Origin: Geotalea uraniireducens Rf4
GTDB taxonomy: Bacteria; Desulfobacterota; Desulfuromonadia; Geobacterales; Geobacteraceae
Direction of reading: 5' to 3'
Assembly: GCF_000016745.1 (NCBI RefSeq)
Contig: NC_009483.1
Coordinates: 1,800,001-1,832,000, forward strand
DNA length: 32,000 nucleotides
The notes beneath the pieces are model-generated. The model was not told where the DNA came from and did no database searches. It saw only the letters and a list, made by a program, of their open reading frames with translations. Below, piece by piece: positions 7,403 through 14,806 of this stretch (its first letter is position 1; every line of letters starts with the position of its first letter). A program made the position numbers and the translations under genes.

Positions 7403-9598
7403 TTAAAATGTGAGTTTGGCCGAAAGTGCCACCGAAGCCGCTTCCGATGAGTAATCCGAGCCGCGGAAGAAATAAATCCGTTTGTTAAGGGTTTGGTCGG
7501 CCCAGCCCAGAATGTTGAAGGCATCGGCGCGCACCGTCAGGTGTTTCGTCGGACGATATTCCAGCCCGGCATTCCAGAAAACACTCGGGCCGTAGGCGGC
7601 ATCGTAACCCGGGTCGGCCAGCGCAAAACTCCGGGGCTGGCTTTGCGCGCCGTTCCAGTCAGCCAGAGCCTTGGCGCCCGGAAACCCCCAATACGCGCGC
7701 AGCGAAGTACTGGCGGCCCATTTTCCGTTCAACTCCTGGATCAACGCGAGCTTGGTGATGTTGTTGGCCCAGTTGGCCAGGTCGTGCCCGAAGCCATACG
7801 GTTCGGCGGTGATGCCCTGGATGGTGGCGGCGGACGCCAGACTGGAATCGAACAGCTTGGTGTATCCGTGCGAAAAGGTCAGCCTCGTTTTTTCCGAGCG
7901 AAAAGTTATCTCCGGCTCCACACCCCAGATCCTGAAAGTGCCCACTGCTACGGAGCGATTGGCCGCCGCGTCAAAACCAATGGCGTCGTTCTGCTCAATG
8001 AAGACGCTGCACCCGAAATTCCAATGCGCGTCGTGCTGCCGTTCGTAGCGAAACTCGAGGCTGTCCAGGGTTTCAGTGTCTCCCTGTGTGCCGGATCGCA
8101 CATGCTCTTCCCGTAACTCGCCTTCACCGCTGCGGCGCATCGCACGCGCGCCGATCAGCTTGAGCGTGTCTTTGGAACCGGGCGTGAAGACCAGCGCCAG
8201 CCGCGGCGAAAACAGCCAGTCGGTGTACGTGTGCTTGTCTACCCGGGCGCTCGCAAACGTGGTCCACTTCTCGCCCAAATGCCACTGGTGCTCCACCAGA
8301 AAGGAAATAGTATCGGTTTCCCATGCATCTTCGACCGGCGGAATGCCGGGGCCCGGCCCGAAGCCGAGGCGCGGCCCGTCAAACCACATGTGGGAGTATT
8401 CCAGGCCGAAGGCCAGTGACTGCTTTTCGTTCGGCGTCCAAGTTCCCAGCATACGGCCATACGCTTCGTGTTCCTGGCGATTCTGGGGGTCCGCAAATTG
8501 ATCATAAACCCAGAGACGATACTGATACCAATCGTAGCTCACGAACGTCTCCAGGTTGAAGACCTTACTCAGATCTTGTTTGTATTTGGTGGCGGCTGTG
8601 AACTGCCGGTCCAGGTTCGCGCGGCCTTTTTGGGCTATTGAAATATCCACCGTCTGCAACGATGTGCGCATCGGACGCACCACGCCGCCGCCCTGGGTGA
8701 AGCGCGCCCAGATTTCCACCGGACCGTTCACGTAGCTTGCGTGATACTTCATTTTCAAAATATCGCCCGCATCGTGCAGGTTCGGCTCGGGAAACGTCAC
8801 CGGCTGGCCGGAAACAACGGCCGGCCCTGATCCGGGAGTGGCGAACGACTTCCCGAACACATAAGGCGAATCATGCTGGTTCGACCCGCTTTGGTCCGCC
8901 ACGCCGACATAGAGAAACAGTCCCGACTCCTCGTTGAACTTTTGACCGAAACGAAATTCACCGGCGGTAAATTGATCCCGGAAACCCTGGCGGACTTGTG
9001 CGTCGGTCCCTTCAAAAGTCAGACCGTTGTAGGTTTCGAGATTCATAACTCCCGCCAGCGCGCCGGCGCCGTAGGTCGCGGATGCAGGACCATGGACCAA
9101 TGTCACGGAACGAAAGTCACCCAGCAAAGGCAGATCCCGCTCGCTCTCGGCCCCTACGAAAAAGCGATTGTTCATGACTTTGCCGTTTACCCGGAGCAGG
9201 TATTTGTCGTCCCGGTCGCTGATGATCCCCCGAATGCCGAAGTGATCCAGATGCGTGTTGTGCAGGATGAGCTGGGTGTTCGGCGCGTAAATCTCCAGCG
9301 ACTCGTTGAGATTCCGCGCGCCGCTTTGCGCGATGGTGGCTTCGTCCAGAACGGTCGTCTTCGCCGGAACCAACCGAACCTGTGTGGGCGTCAGGGTGGC
9401 CGAAACAATCCGCACGCGGCTCAATTGCTCAATGTCCAAACCGCCAAACTCCTCCGGCTCGCTGTTCGTGCGCTGAATCAGGTTGTGGCCGGCGGGATCG
9501 TCCGCCATTGCGACGGGCAGGGGCTCTGCCGGCACACTGAGCGCCAAAGCGATCGTGAGAGCCGCGCGCGCGATTAAATCATGCAAGGAATCTTTCAT
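7403..9598 (-). CDS. TonB-dependent outer-membrane receptor
   Basis: The ORF track gives 7403..9700. I prefer the ATG at 9598 (MKDSLHDLIARAALTIALALSVPA... signal peptide), which has AGGAGG 7 nt upstream. It has a plug region (TVLDEATIAQSGARNLNESLEIYAP, IRGI) and a long beta-barrel with alternating aromatic patterns. The C-terminus ends in F (SAKLTF). Confidence 0.9.
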   Translation of the reverse strand: MKDSLHDLIARAALTIALALSVPAEPLPVAMADDPAGHNLIQRTNSEPEEFGGLDIEQLSRVRIVSATLTPTQVRLVPAKTTVLDEATIAQSGARNLNESLEIYAPNTQLILHNTHLDHFGIRGIISDRDDKYLLRVNGKVMNNRFFVGAESERDLPLLGDFRSVTLVHGPASATYGAGALAGVMNLETYNGLTFEGTDAQVRQGFRDQFTAGEFRFGQKFNEESGLFLYVGVADQSGSNQHDSPYVFGKSFATPGSGPAVVSGQPVTFPEPNLHDAGDILKMKYHASYVNGPVEIWARFTQGGGVVRPMRTSLQTVDISIAQKGRANLDRQFTAATKYKQDLSKVFNLETFVSYDWYQYRLWVYDQFADPQNRQEHEAYGRMLGTWTPNEKQSLAFGLEYSHMWFDGPRLGFGPGPGIPPVEDAWETDTISFLVEHQWHLGEKWTTFASARVDKHTYTDWLFSPRLALVFTPGSKDTLKLIGARAMRRSGEGELREEHVRSGTQGDTETLDSLEFRYERQHDAHWNFGCSVFIEQNDAIGFDAAANRSVAVGTFRIWGVEPEITFRSEKTRLTFSHGYTKLFDSSLASAATIQGITAEPYGFGHDLANWANNITKLALIQELNGKWAASTSLRAYWGFPGAKALADWNGAQSQPRSFALADPGYDAAYGPSVFWNAGLEYRPTKHLTVRADAFNILGWADQTLNKRIYFFRGSDYSSEAASVALSAKLTF

Positions 9599-9632
9599 CT
9601 GGAGCCTCCTGAAGTTGGGGGCTGAGAACATC

Positions 9633-9929
9633 TCACAGGCATTGACTGAAGAAAGCCCGGCTTCTGCGGCAGAAAATCCCCTTGAAATCCTCCGGCTCAC
9701 CAGCTTTGGCGATCACGCTGGAGCCAACCTTCATGCCTTGCAGGGTCTGCCTCGGGTTGGACAGCAGGAATTGCGGCGTGCGTGCCCGGATTTTGGCTTC
9801 GAAACTGCCGTAGCCGCGCGAAGCCTCCAACTCCGGCTTTGCGCCGGTGACATGCTTGTTTAGGTAATCAATGAACGGTTGATAGAGGCGCTTCCGGCGG
9901 ATTCCCAGCGGGAAACCGGTAACCCAAGG
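9633..9929 (-). pseudogene. Stop-to-stop open frame with coding-like composition but no usable start; possible gene remnant of unknown family
   Basis: The minus-strand frame reads PWVTGFPLGIRRKRLYQPFIDYLNKHVTGAKPELEASRGYGSFEAKIRARTPQFLLSNPRQTLQGMKVGSSVIAKAGEPEDFKGI... It has no ATG or GTG near its 5' end, and the first start-like codon is TTG at 9830. It sits in the 380-bp gap between divergent operons. I do not recognise the family. Confidence 0.2.
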
Positions 9930-9978
9930 TTAAGGATATCTTAATGGGGGAGGTTTTCAAGAAATCCGGCTATGGCCC

Positions 9979-10007
9979 TTGACATAAGTTCTATATGGTA
10001 CTATTTT
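9979..10007 (+). promoter_or_regulatory. Sigma70-type promoter for the PNPOx-like/MarR/DUF2461 operon
   Basis: TTGACA (9979-9984), a 17-nt spacer, then TATTTT (10002-10007), about 35 nt upstream of the ATG at 10043. A near-palindrome TTTTATGTAAAA overlapping the -10/+1 region could be the MarR operator. Confidence 0.5.
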
Positions 10008-10042
10008 ATGTAAAATTAATATTTGGGGAGGGTCGAACTAAG

Positions 10043-10516
10043 ATGAAAGATCCAGATGCAATGCAGTCAGGACTTCAACTGTTGGAGAGCGCGGAAGCAG
10101 CGTATCTTACTACCATTGACGGCGACGGTTTTCCCCAGACGCGGGCCATGTTGAATTTGAGGAATTCGGATCAGTTTCCCGCCTTGAGCAGGCTGTTCTC
10201 TGCGCTTGATGACAAGTTCGTCGTCTATTTCACCACCAATGCATCTTCAGCCAAAATCGAGCAGATCAGGAGAAATCCCAAGGTGTCGGTATACTATTCC
10301 ATACCGGCGGAATGGCGCGGATTGATGCTTGGCGGTGCTATGGAAATCGTCACCGACTCCTGCCTGAAAAAGGCGATCTGGCAGAAGGGGTGGGAAATGT
10401 ACTACCCCGGCGGGAACGATGATCCCGATTACGCGATACTTCGATTATCGCCGATGGTTGCCAAGTATTATCATCAGCTTGTTTCCTCTGTCTTCGATCT
10501 GGGGCAAAAATCATGA
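10043..10516 (+). CDS. Pyridoxamine 5'-phosphate oxidase-family (general stress protein 26-like) FMN-binding protein
   Basis: The track ORF starts at 9995 inside the promoter. The ATG at 10043 has GGGGAGGG upstream. The sequence AYLTTIDGDGFPQTRAM...VYFTTNASSAKIEQIRRNPKVSVYY is typical of the PNPOx-like split-barrel family. Confidence 0.8.
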   Translation: MKDPDAMQSGLQLLESAEAAYLTTIDGDGFPQTRAMLNLRNSDQFPALSRLFSALDDKFVVYFTTNASSAKIEQIRRNPKVSVYYSIPAEWRGLMLGGAMEIVTDSCLKKAIWQKGWEMYYPGGNDDPDYAILRLSPMVAKYYHQLVSSVFDLGQKS

Positions 10517-10986
10517 AAAACAGACGGCAAGGCGGCTTTCTGATTGCCAAGATACATCAGCTGGCCGGACGGATTTTTTCCCGTAAGCTGAAGAAATACG
10601 AGATCGCTGATATTAATCCTGCCCAGGGGAGAATCCTCTTTGTCCTTTGGGAGAACGACGGTATATCCATCCAGGAGCTGGCGGTAAAGACTTCGCTGGG
10701 GAAATCGACCTTGACGAGCATGCTGGACAGGCTTGAAGAAACCGGCCATCTAACCCGTGTCCCGTCCAGTGATGACCGACGAAAGATACTGATCAAGCTC
10801 ACGGAAAAGGATCGGGCTCTCCGGAACCAGTATGCACGGGTGTCCGAAGATATGACGGAACTGTTTTACAGCGGCTTTTCCGCCGCAGAAATAGACATGT
10901 TTGAGGGATTCTTGCAGCGGATCCTTGGCAATCTGCAAGGCTTTGAAACAAAGGAGCAGGCTTGCCGGCTCGATTCTGATAAATGA
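10513..10986 (+). CDS. MarR-family transcriptional regulator
   Basis: 157 aa. The winged-HTH core reads INPAQGRILFVLWENDGISIQELAVKTSLGKSTLTSMLDRLEETGHLTRVPSSDDRRKILIKLTEKDRAL. A 4-nt overlap (ATGA) with the upstream gene. Confidence 0.9.
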   Translation: MKNRRQGGFLIAKIHQLAGRIFSRKLKKYEIADINPAQGRILFVLWENDGISIQELAVKTSLGKSTLTSMLDRLEETGHLTRVPSSDDRRKILIKLTEKDRALRNQYARVSEDMTELFYSGFSAAEIDMFEGFLQRILGNLQGFETKEQACRLDSDK

Positions 10987-11009
10987 TGGAATAATCCATT
11001 TCAACACGC

Positions 11010-11723
11010 ATGAAGGGGCATTTCATGGCAGCTGGAAACGAAGATCGATTCACGGGGTTTTCGCAGAACGCGTCGGCCTTTCTGAGGAATCTCGCGGCGA
11101 ATAACAACAAGGCATGGTTCGAGGCGCATCGGCAAGAGTACGAGGAACACCTGCTGGAACCGCTCAAGACGCTGGTCTCCGATCTGTCCGGCTTCATGCT
11201 CTCCATCGACCCGGATTTCATGACCATCCCGGCGGTGGACAGGACCATCTCCAGGATCTACCGCGACACGAGGTTTTCCAAGGACAAATCCCCCTATAAA
11301 ACCACCGTCTGGATAACCTTTAAAAGACCGGTCAGGAACTGGCAGGATTCACCCTGCTATTTCCTGGAACTCGGCACCGATTCCTACCGTTTCGGCATGG
11401 GCTTTTACAGTGCCGCGAAGGATACCATGGATCGGCTGCGGGAGATTGTCGACAAGCGGCCGGCGGAGTTCCTGAAGGTGGTTTCCTTCTTTGCAAAGCA
11501 GGATGTCTTCGTGCTGGAGGGGGAAAAGTACAAAAAGATTTTGAAGGGCACTCTCCCGGCAGATCTTCAGGAGTGGTATCAAAGAAAGAACCTCTATCTG
11601 GTCTGCAACAGAGAGATTGATGAAACCCTTTACGGCAGGAGGCTGGTCGATGACCTGATCTCCGGTTTCGGCATTGTCGCCCCATTGTACCACTACCTTT
11701 GGAAGCTGAAGGCGGGTAAATGA
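11010..11723 (+). CDS. DUF2461 (TIGR02453) family protein
   Basis: 237 aa. Family-typical motifs are FLRNLAANNNKAWFEAHRQEYEEHL and ISRIYRDTRFSKDKSPYKT. The start may be the second ATG at 11025 (GAAGGGG upstream). The last 11 codons and the stop lie inside the left copy of the direct repeat. Confidence 0.85.
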   Translation: MKGHFMAAGNEDRFTGFSQNASAFLRNLAANNNKAWFEAHRQEYEEHLLEPLKTLVSDLSGFMLSIDPDFMTIPAVDRTISRIYRDTRFSKDKSPYKTTVWITFKRPVRNWQDSPCYFLELGTDSYRFGMGFYSAAKDTMDRLREIVDKRPAEFLKVVSFFAKQDVFVLEGEKYKKILKGTLPADLQEWYQRKNLYLVCNREIDETLYGRRLVDDLISGFGIVAPLYHYLWKLKAGK

Positions 11724-11726
11724 TGG
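11690..11726 (+). repeat. Left copy of a 37-bp direct repeat (25 bp perfect) covering the DUF2461 gene 3' end
   Basis: 11690-11714 (CCACTACCTTTGGAAGCTGAAGGCG) is identical to 25123-25147. The alignment extends to 34/37 identities through the shared TGA stop. Confidence 0.85.
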
Positions 11727-12034
11727 AGTTCCACGCCCGGCTGCGTGACCTGGCCGGCGATGTGGATCTGAACGGCCACCCGACCGACCGCCTCCCCAAT
11801 ACCCTCAACGTCAGCTTCCGCGGCGTGGTCGGGGCAGACCTCCTGGCACGGACCCCCGAGATCGCCGCCTCCACAGGTTCTGCCTGCCACGACGGCAGCG
11901 GCGAACTCTCGGGTGTGCTCAAGTCCATGGGGGTCTCCCGCGAACAGGGCTTCGGAGCGGTCCGTTTCAGCCTTGGCCGCCTCACTGCCACCACCGAGAT
12001 CGACAGGGCTCTGCGGGGGATGCGGAACGATTGA
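11720..12034 (+). pseudogene. 5'-truncated cysteine desulfurase (NifS/IscS class-V aminotransferase), C-terminal ~100 aa only
   Basis: The translation contains NGHPTDRLPNTLNVSF, the catalytic-cysteine loop AASTGSACHDGSGELSGVLKSMG, and GAVRFSLGRLTATTEID. About 280 N-terminal residues, including the PLP-lysine region, are missing. The fragment begins exactly at the end of the direct repeat. Confidence 0.75.
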
Positions 12035-12137
12035 AGGAGGAACTTGCCAGGCGGGACGTGCCGGTCGTCGCCGAGATCGGGGAGATTGTCGTCGACCCGG
12101 ACAGCCGTATCAAGATTGAGCCATAAGGCTGCGCGCC

Positions 12138-12912
12138 ATGGCGACTTCCCTGCTGCTCATCAATCTGTTCGTACTCGGTATGGCCGGTGGGTGTTTCTCC
12201 GGCCTTTTGGGGGTCGGCGGTGGCATTATCATGCTGCCGCTCCTCATAACGGTACCCCAGTTGGCAGGGTTTCCCATCGGTCTCCGGCCAGCGGTGGGGG
12301 TTACCATGCTTCTGAGCCTGACAGGTTCCATGTCGGGCATTTTGATCCATCGTAAATATCATGCCCTGGATCTGTCATTGGCCCTTGCTGTAGGTGGGAG
12401 TGCTGCTGTCGGGTCATTGGGAGGAGCGGTCTCCTCCCGCATGGTGAGTGAGCGGCTAATGGCGATACTGTTTGCCCTGATGGCGGTAACGAGCCTGTTG
12501 CTCCTGCTGCTTGCCGAGCCAAGCGGCCCGGAGATTGAAGGAAGCCCGCGCCCGACCCGGTATCCAGCCGCTGCCCTGCTGGGGGGTGGTGTCGGCTTCC
12601 TGGCTGGTATCATCGGCCAGGGGGGGCTTTCATCATCCTTCCCCGTTAATTCATGCGTTCAAGGTACCGGTCCGGACGGCAATCGGCACCAGCGCGGCGG
12701 TCGCTTTTTTGTCGGCACTTGCCGGATTCCTTGGTAAGGGAACCGGTCCGGTACCGCTCCTCTGGGGAATCGCCGTATCATTCGGGGCGCTCCTGGGAGG
12801 GCAGATGGGGGGCATGCTAAGCCACCGGCTATCGACCATCACGTTACGGCGAATCCTTTTCTTGGTTGTTGCAATCAGTGCTGTTCGGATTTTTGTGCAA
12901 GCTCTTTTGTAA
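12138..12912 (+). pseudogene. TauE/SafE (DUF81) sulfite-exporter-family permease, interrupted by a frameshift at a G7 run
   Basis: The ORFs at 12138..12737 and 12511..12912 are the two halves of one protein of about 258 aa. The first half has FSGLLGVGGGIIMLPLL; the second has PLIHAFKVPVRTAIGTSAAVAFLSALAGFLGK...LLGGQMGG. The reading frame changes at GGGGGGG (12620-12626). Removing one G gives a continuous ...GIIGQGGFHHPSPLIHAFKV... Confidence 0.75.
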
Positions 12913-13005
12913 GCCTGCTTAACCGGTCTGCTGCCAGGAGCGCGTAATAGACATGGGGGATAATATGACAAAGTAGAGATAAAGTTGACGTGCTTATAAA
13001 ATATC

Positions 13006-13035
13006 TTGACAAAATTGGTAGATAATATATATACT
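13006..13035 (+). promoter_or_regulatory. Sigma70-type promoter in the AT-rich spacer
   Basis: TTGACA (13006-13011), an 18-nt spacer, then TATACT (13030-13035). An alternative -10 is TATATA with a 16-nt spacer. Confidence 0.4.
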
Positions 13036-13040
13036 ACACT

Positions 13041-13165
13041 CTATAGACTTAGTATACTTTTAGAATCACTAATCAATATTGCTGGGCTGACCAGAAAAAC
13101 TGGAGGCCAGGTCTGATTGTTGGAGATATTCATTTCTCCGATGGTTGATCTGGCCTCTTTTTTTT
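13041..13165 (+). ncRNA. Candidate ~125-nt small transcript or attenuating leader, defined by the promoter at 13006 and the terminator at 13103-13165
   Basis: There is no plausible ORF or SD between the predicted +1 and the terminator. The unit lies 215 nt upstream of the first rhodanese gene. No known riboswitch consensus was recognised by eye. Confidence 0.3.
13103..13165 (+). terminator. Rho-independent terminator (long stem with an internal hairpin, followed by T8)
   Basis: GAGGCCAGGTC (13103-13113) pairs with GATCTGGCCTC (13147-13157), 11 bp including one G-U. An inner stem is formed by GGAGA (13122-13126) and TCTCC (13135-13139). TTTTTTTT follows at 13158-13165. Confidence 0.65.
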
Positions 13166-13380
13166 ATTCGGTTATCGGCAACAAGAGAGAAGAAAGTTAA
13201 ACACCGATGTGATGTTGCGGTAGAAGCTGACCAGGTGACTTGGAGGCTGATCTGAAATTATTTTAAAAAGGAGAAACAGCCTGAAATAGTTGAACGTAAA
13301 TGGGGAGCCAGGCACCCTGACTGTCTAGCAGAATAGACATTGTCAAAGTCAAAATAAATAGTTCGAAAGGAGAAACAAAT

Positions 13381-14550
13381 ATGAAACGCAGAGACATTTT
13401 TACAGTTCTGGGATTGTTACTTGTGGCTTTAACTACTGGGTCTTTGCTCTCGGGGTGCAACAGTTCATCGGCAACTGCTGCAACTGCCCCAACAGCGACC
13501 GCGCAATTGAGCGACTATTTCAAGTCAACGGATTGGGTGGCGCTGCATGCCAGCGATCAAAACTTCGTCATCGTTGATACCCGTCCGGCAGCCAAATACA
13601 ATGCCGGTCATATTCCCGGCGCAATCAACATACCGCGCGACCAGTTCTATTTCCCCAGGAAGGTCATCGACGCCGCAACCGGGTCCTACAAAGTCGATTC
13701 CAATGGGCAACCGGTGCAGATCGCATATGACATACCGACCCCGGCCGAATTGATCGACATCCTTACCAGGAACGGCATCACCCCCGATACGACCGTAGTG
13801 GCCTACGACAACGACACATCCTCCTATGGCGGCCGCGTGCCGTGGGTCCTGAAGAGCTACGGTCACGCCAAGGCCTACGTGATCGATGGCGGTATCGACA
13901 AGTGGAAGGATGTCGACGGCCGGACGCTCAGCACGACCGCCGTGATTCCGACTCCCAGCGCCAAACCGTATAAAATTACCAGCTACCAGAACCATCGTGT
14001 CACCAAAAGCGACCTTGCTGCGGTAATCGACACCGCCAACGGCAACGTCACCAAGGCCGGTTATGTGATCTCCGATGTCAGGACGCCCAGTGAATATACG
14101 GGGTTCGTAACCACGGTCACATCCGGCACTGCTTCCACGGGCGCCTGGACGCAAAACAGCACCCCCTTAGTTTACAGTACAAACCAGGGTGCACGTCCGG
14201 GACATATCCCCTATGCAAAGTTCAGCGATTATGAATCCGCCGTTTATACCGACTACATCAACCCGGCTACCGGCCAGCCGGTTGCTAGCACGCTTCAGCC
14301 GGGCAGAAATGTAAAAGTGCTCAAGAGCGCAGCAGAAATACAGGCACATTTTACAAGCCTGGGAATTACACCTGATAAAATCGTTTACAACCACTGCGAA
14401 GGCGGCTTCCGCTCCGGGGTCTACACGCTGATCCTGCTTGGCCTCGGCTATCCCAACGTCTACAACTACGACGGGTCATGGAACGAGTGGTCCATCCAAG
14501 GTGCGGCTTATCCGGTTGTGACCGGCGACGGCCGCGTCAGCGGACCATAA
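13381..14550 (+). CDS. Exported tandem-rhodanese sulfurtransferase, predicted lipoprotein
   Basis: 389 aa with SD AAAGGAG. Signal peptide with lipobox LLSG|C. The N-terminal rhodanese domain is inactive (VIVDTRPAAKYNAGHIPGAINIP...VVAYDND). The C-terminal domain is catalytic, with the loop HCEGGFRSG followed by YDGSWNEW. Confidence 0.9.
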   Translation: MKRRDIFTVLGLLLVALTTGSLLSGCNSSSATAATAPTATAQLSDYFKSTDWVALHASDQNFVIVDTRPAAKYNAGHIPGAINIPRDQFYFPRKVIDAATGSYKVDSNGQPVQIAYDIPTPAELIDILTRNGITPDTTVVAYDNDTSSYGGRVPWVLKSYGHAKAYVIDGGIDKWKDVDGRTLSTTAVIPTPSAKPYKITSYQNHRVTKSDLAAVIDTANGNVTKAGYVISDVRTPSEYTGFVTTVTSGTASTGAWTQNSTPLVYSTNQGARPGHIPYAKFSDYESAVYTDYINPATGQPVASTLQPGRNVKVLKSAAEIQAHFTSLGITPDKIVYNHCEGGFRSGVYTLILLGLGYPNVYNYDGSWNEWSIQGAAYPVVTGDGRVSGP

Positions 14551-14567
14551 GCCCAAAATAATAACAT

Positions 14568-14601
14568 GACGGGAGGGGCGATTGTTGTGCCGCCCCTCCC
14601 G
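14568..14601 (+). terminator. GC-rich intercistronic hairpin (possible terminator or RNA-stability element, no U-tract)
   Basis: ACGGGAGGGGCG (14568-14579) pairs perfectly with CGCCCCTCCCGT (14590-14601) around a 10-nt loop, 18 nt after the stop codon. Confidence 0.45.
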
Positions 14602-14806
14602 TAGTAAGTGAGTTTCAATCGTCATGCAGAAGTCAATGCTCTTTGAAAACTATTTATAAATACGATAGGTGTAATCTCTTTTAACGATTATTCCGATTTG
14701 ACTTTCAGTAAGTGAGTTTGTTACGGTGTCGCTTTTGATTTCGGCAAGTTGGCACTGAACATTGTTCCCCTTTGCGGGACTTATTTTACTGAAAGGAGCA
14801 GAATCC

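Noticed and set aside
9599-9700. N-terminal extension of the TonB-dependent receptor ORF (track start at 9700).
   Set aside because: The extension (MSRRISRGFSAAEAGL...) has no SD and precedes a canonical signal peptide. That peptide starts at the ATG at 9598, which has AGGAGG 7 nt upstream.
14748-14764. Sigma54 promoter TGGCAC-tgaaca-TTGTT upstream of the second rhodanese gene.
   Set aside because: The spacing between the GG and the -12 element is one nt longer than the invariant consensus (TGGCAC-N5-TTGC), and the -12 GC is GT. It is kept only as context for the 13-bp repeat finding, not as a feature.
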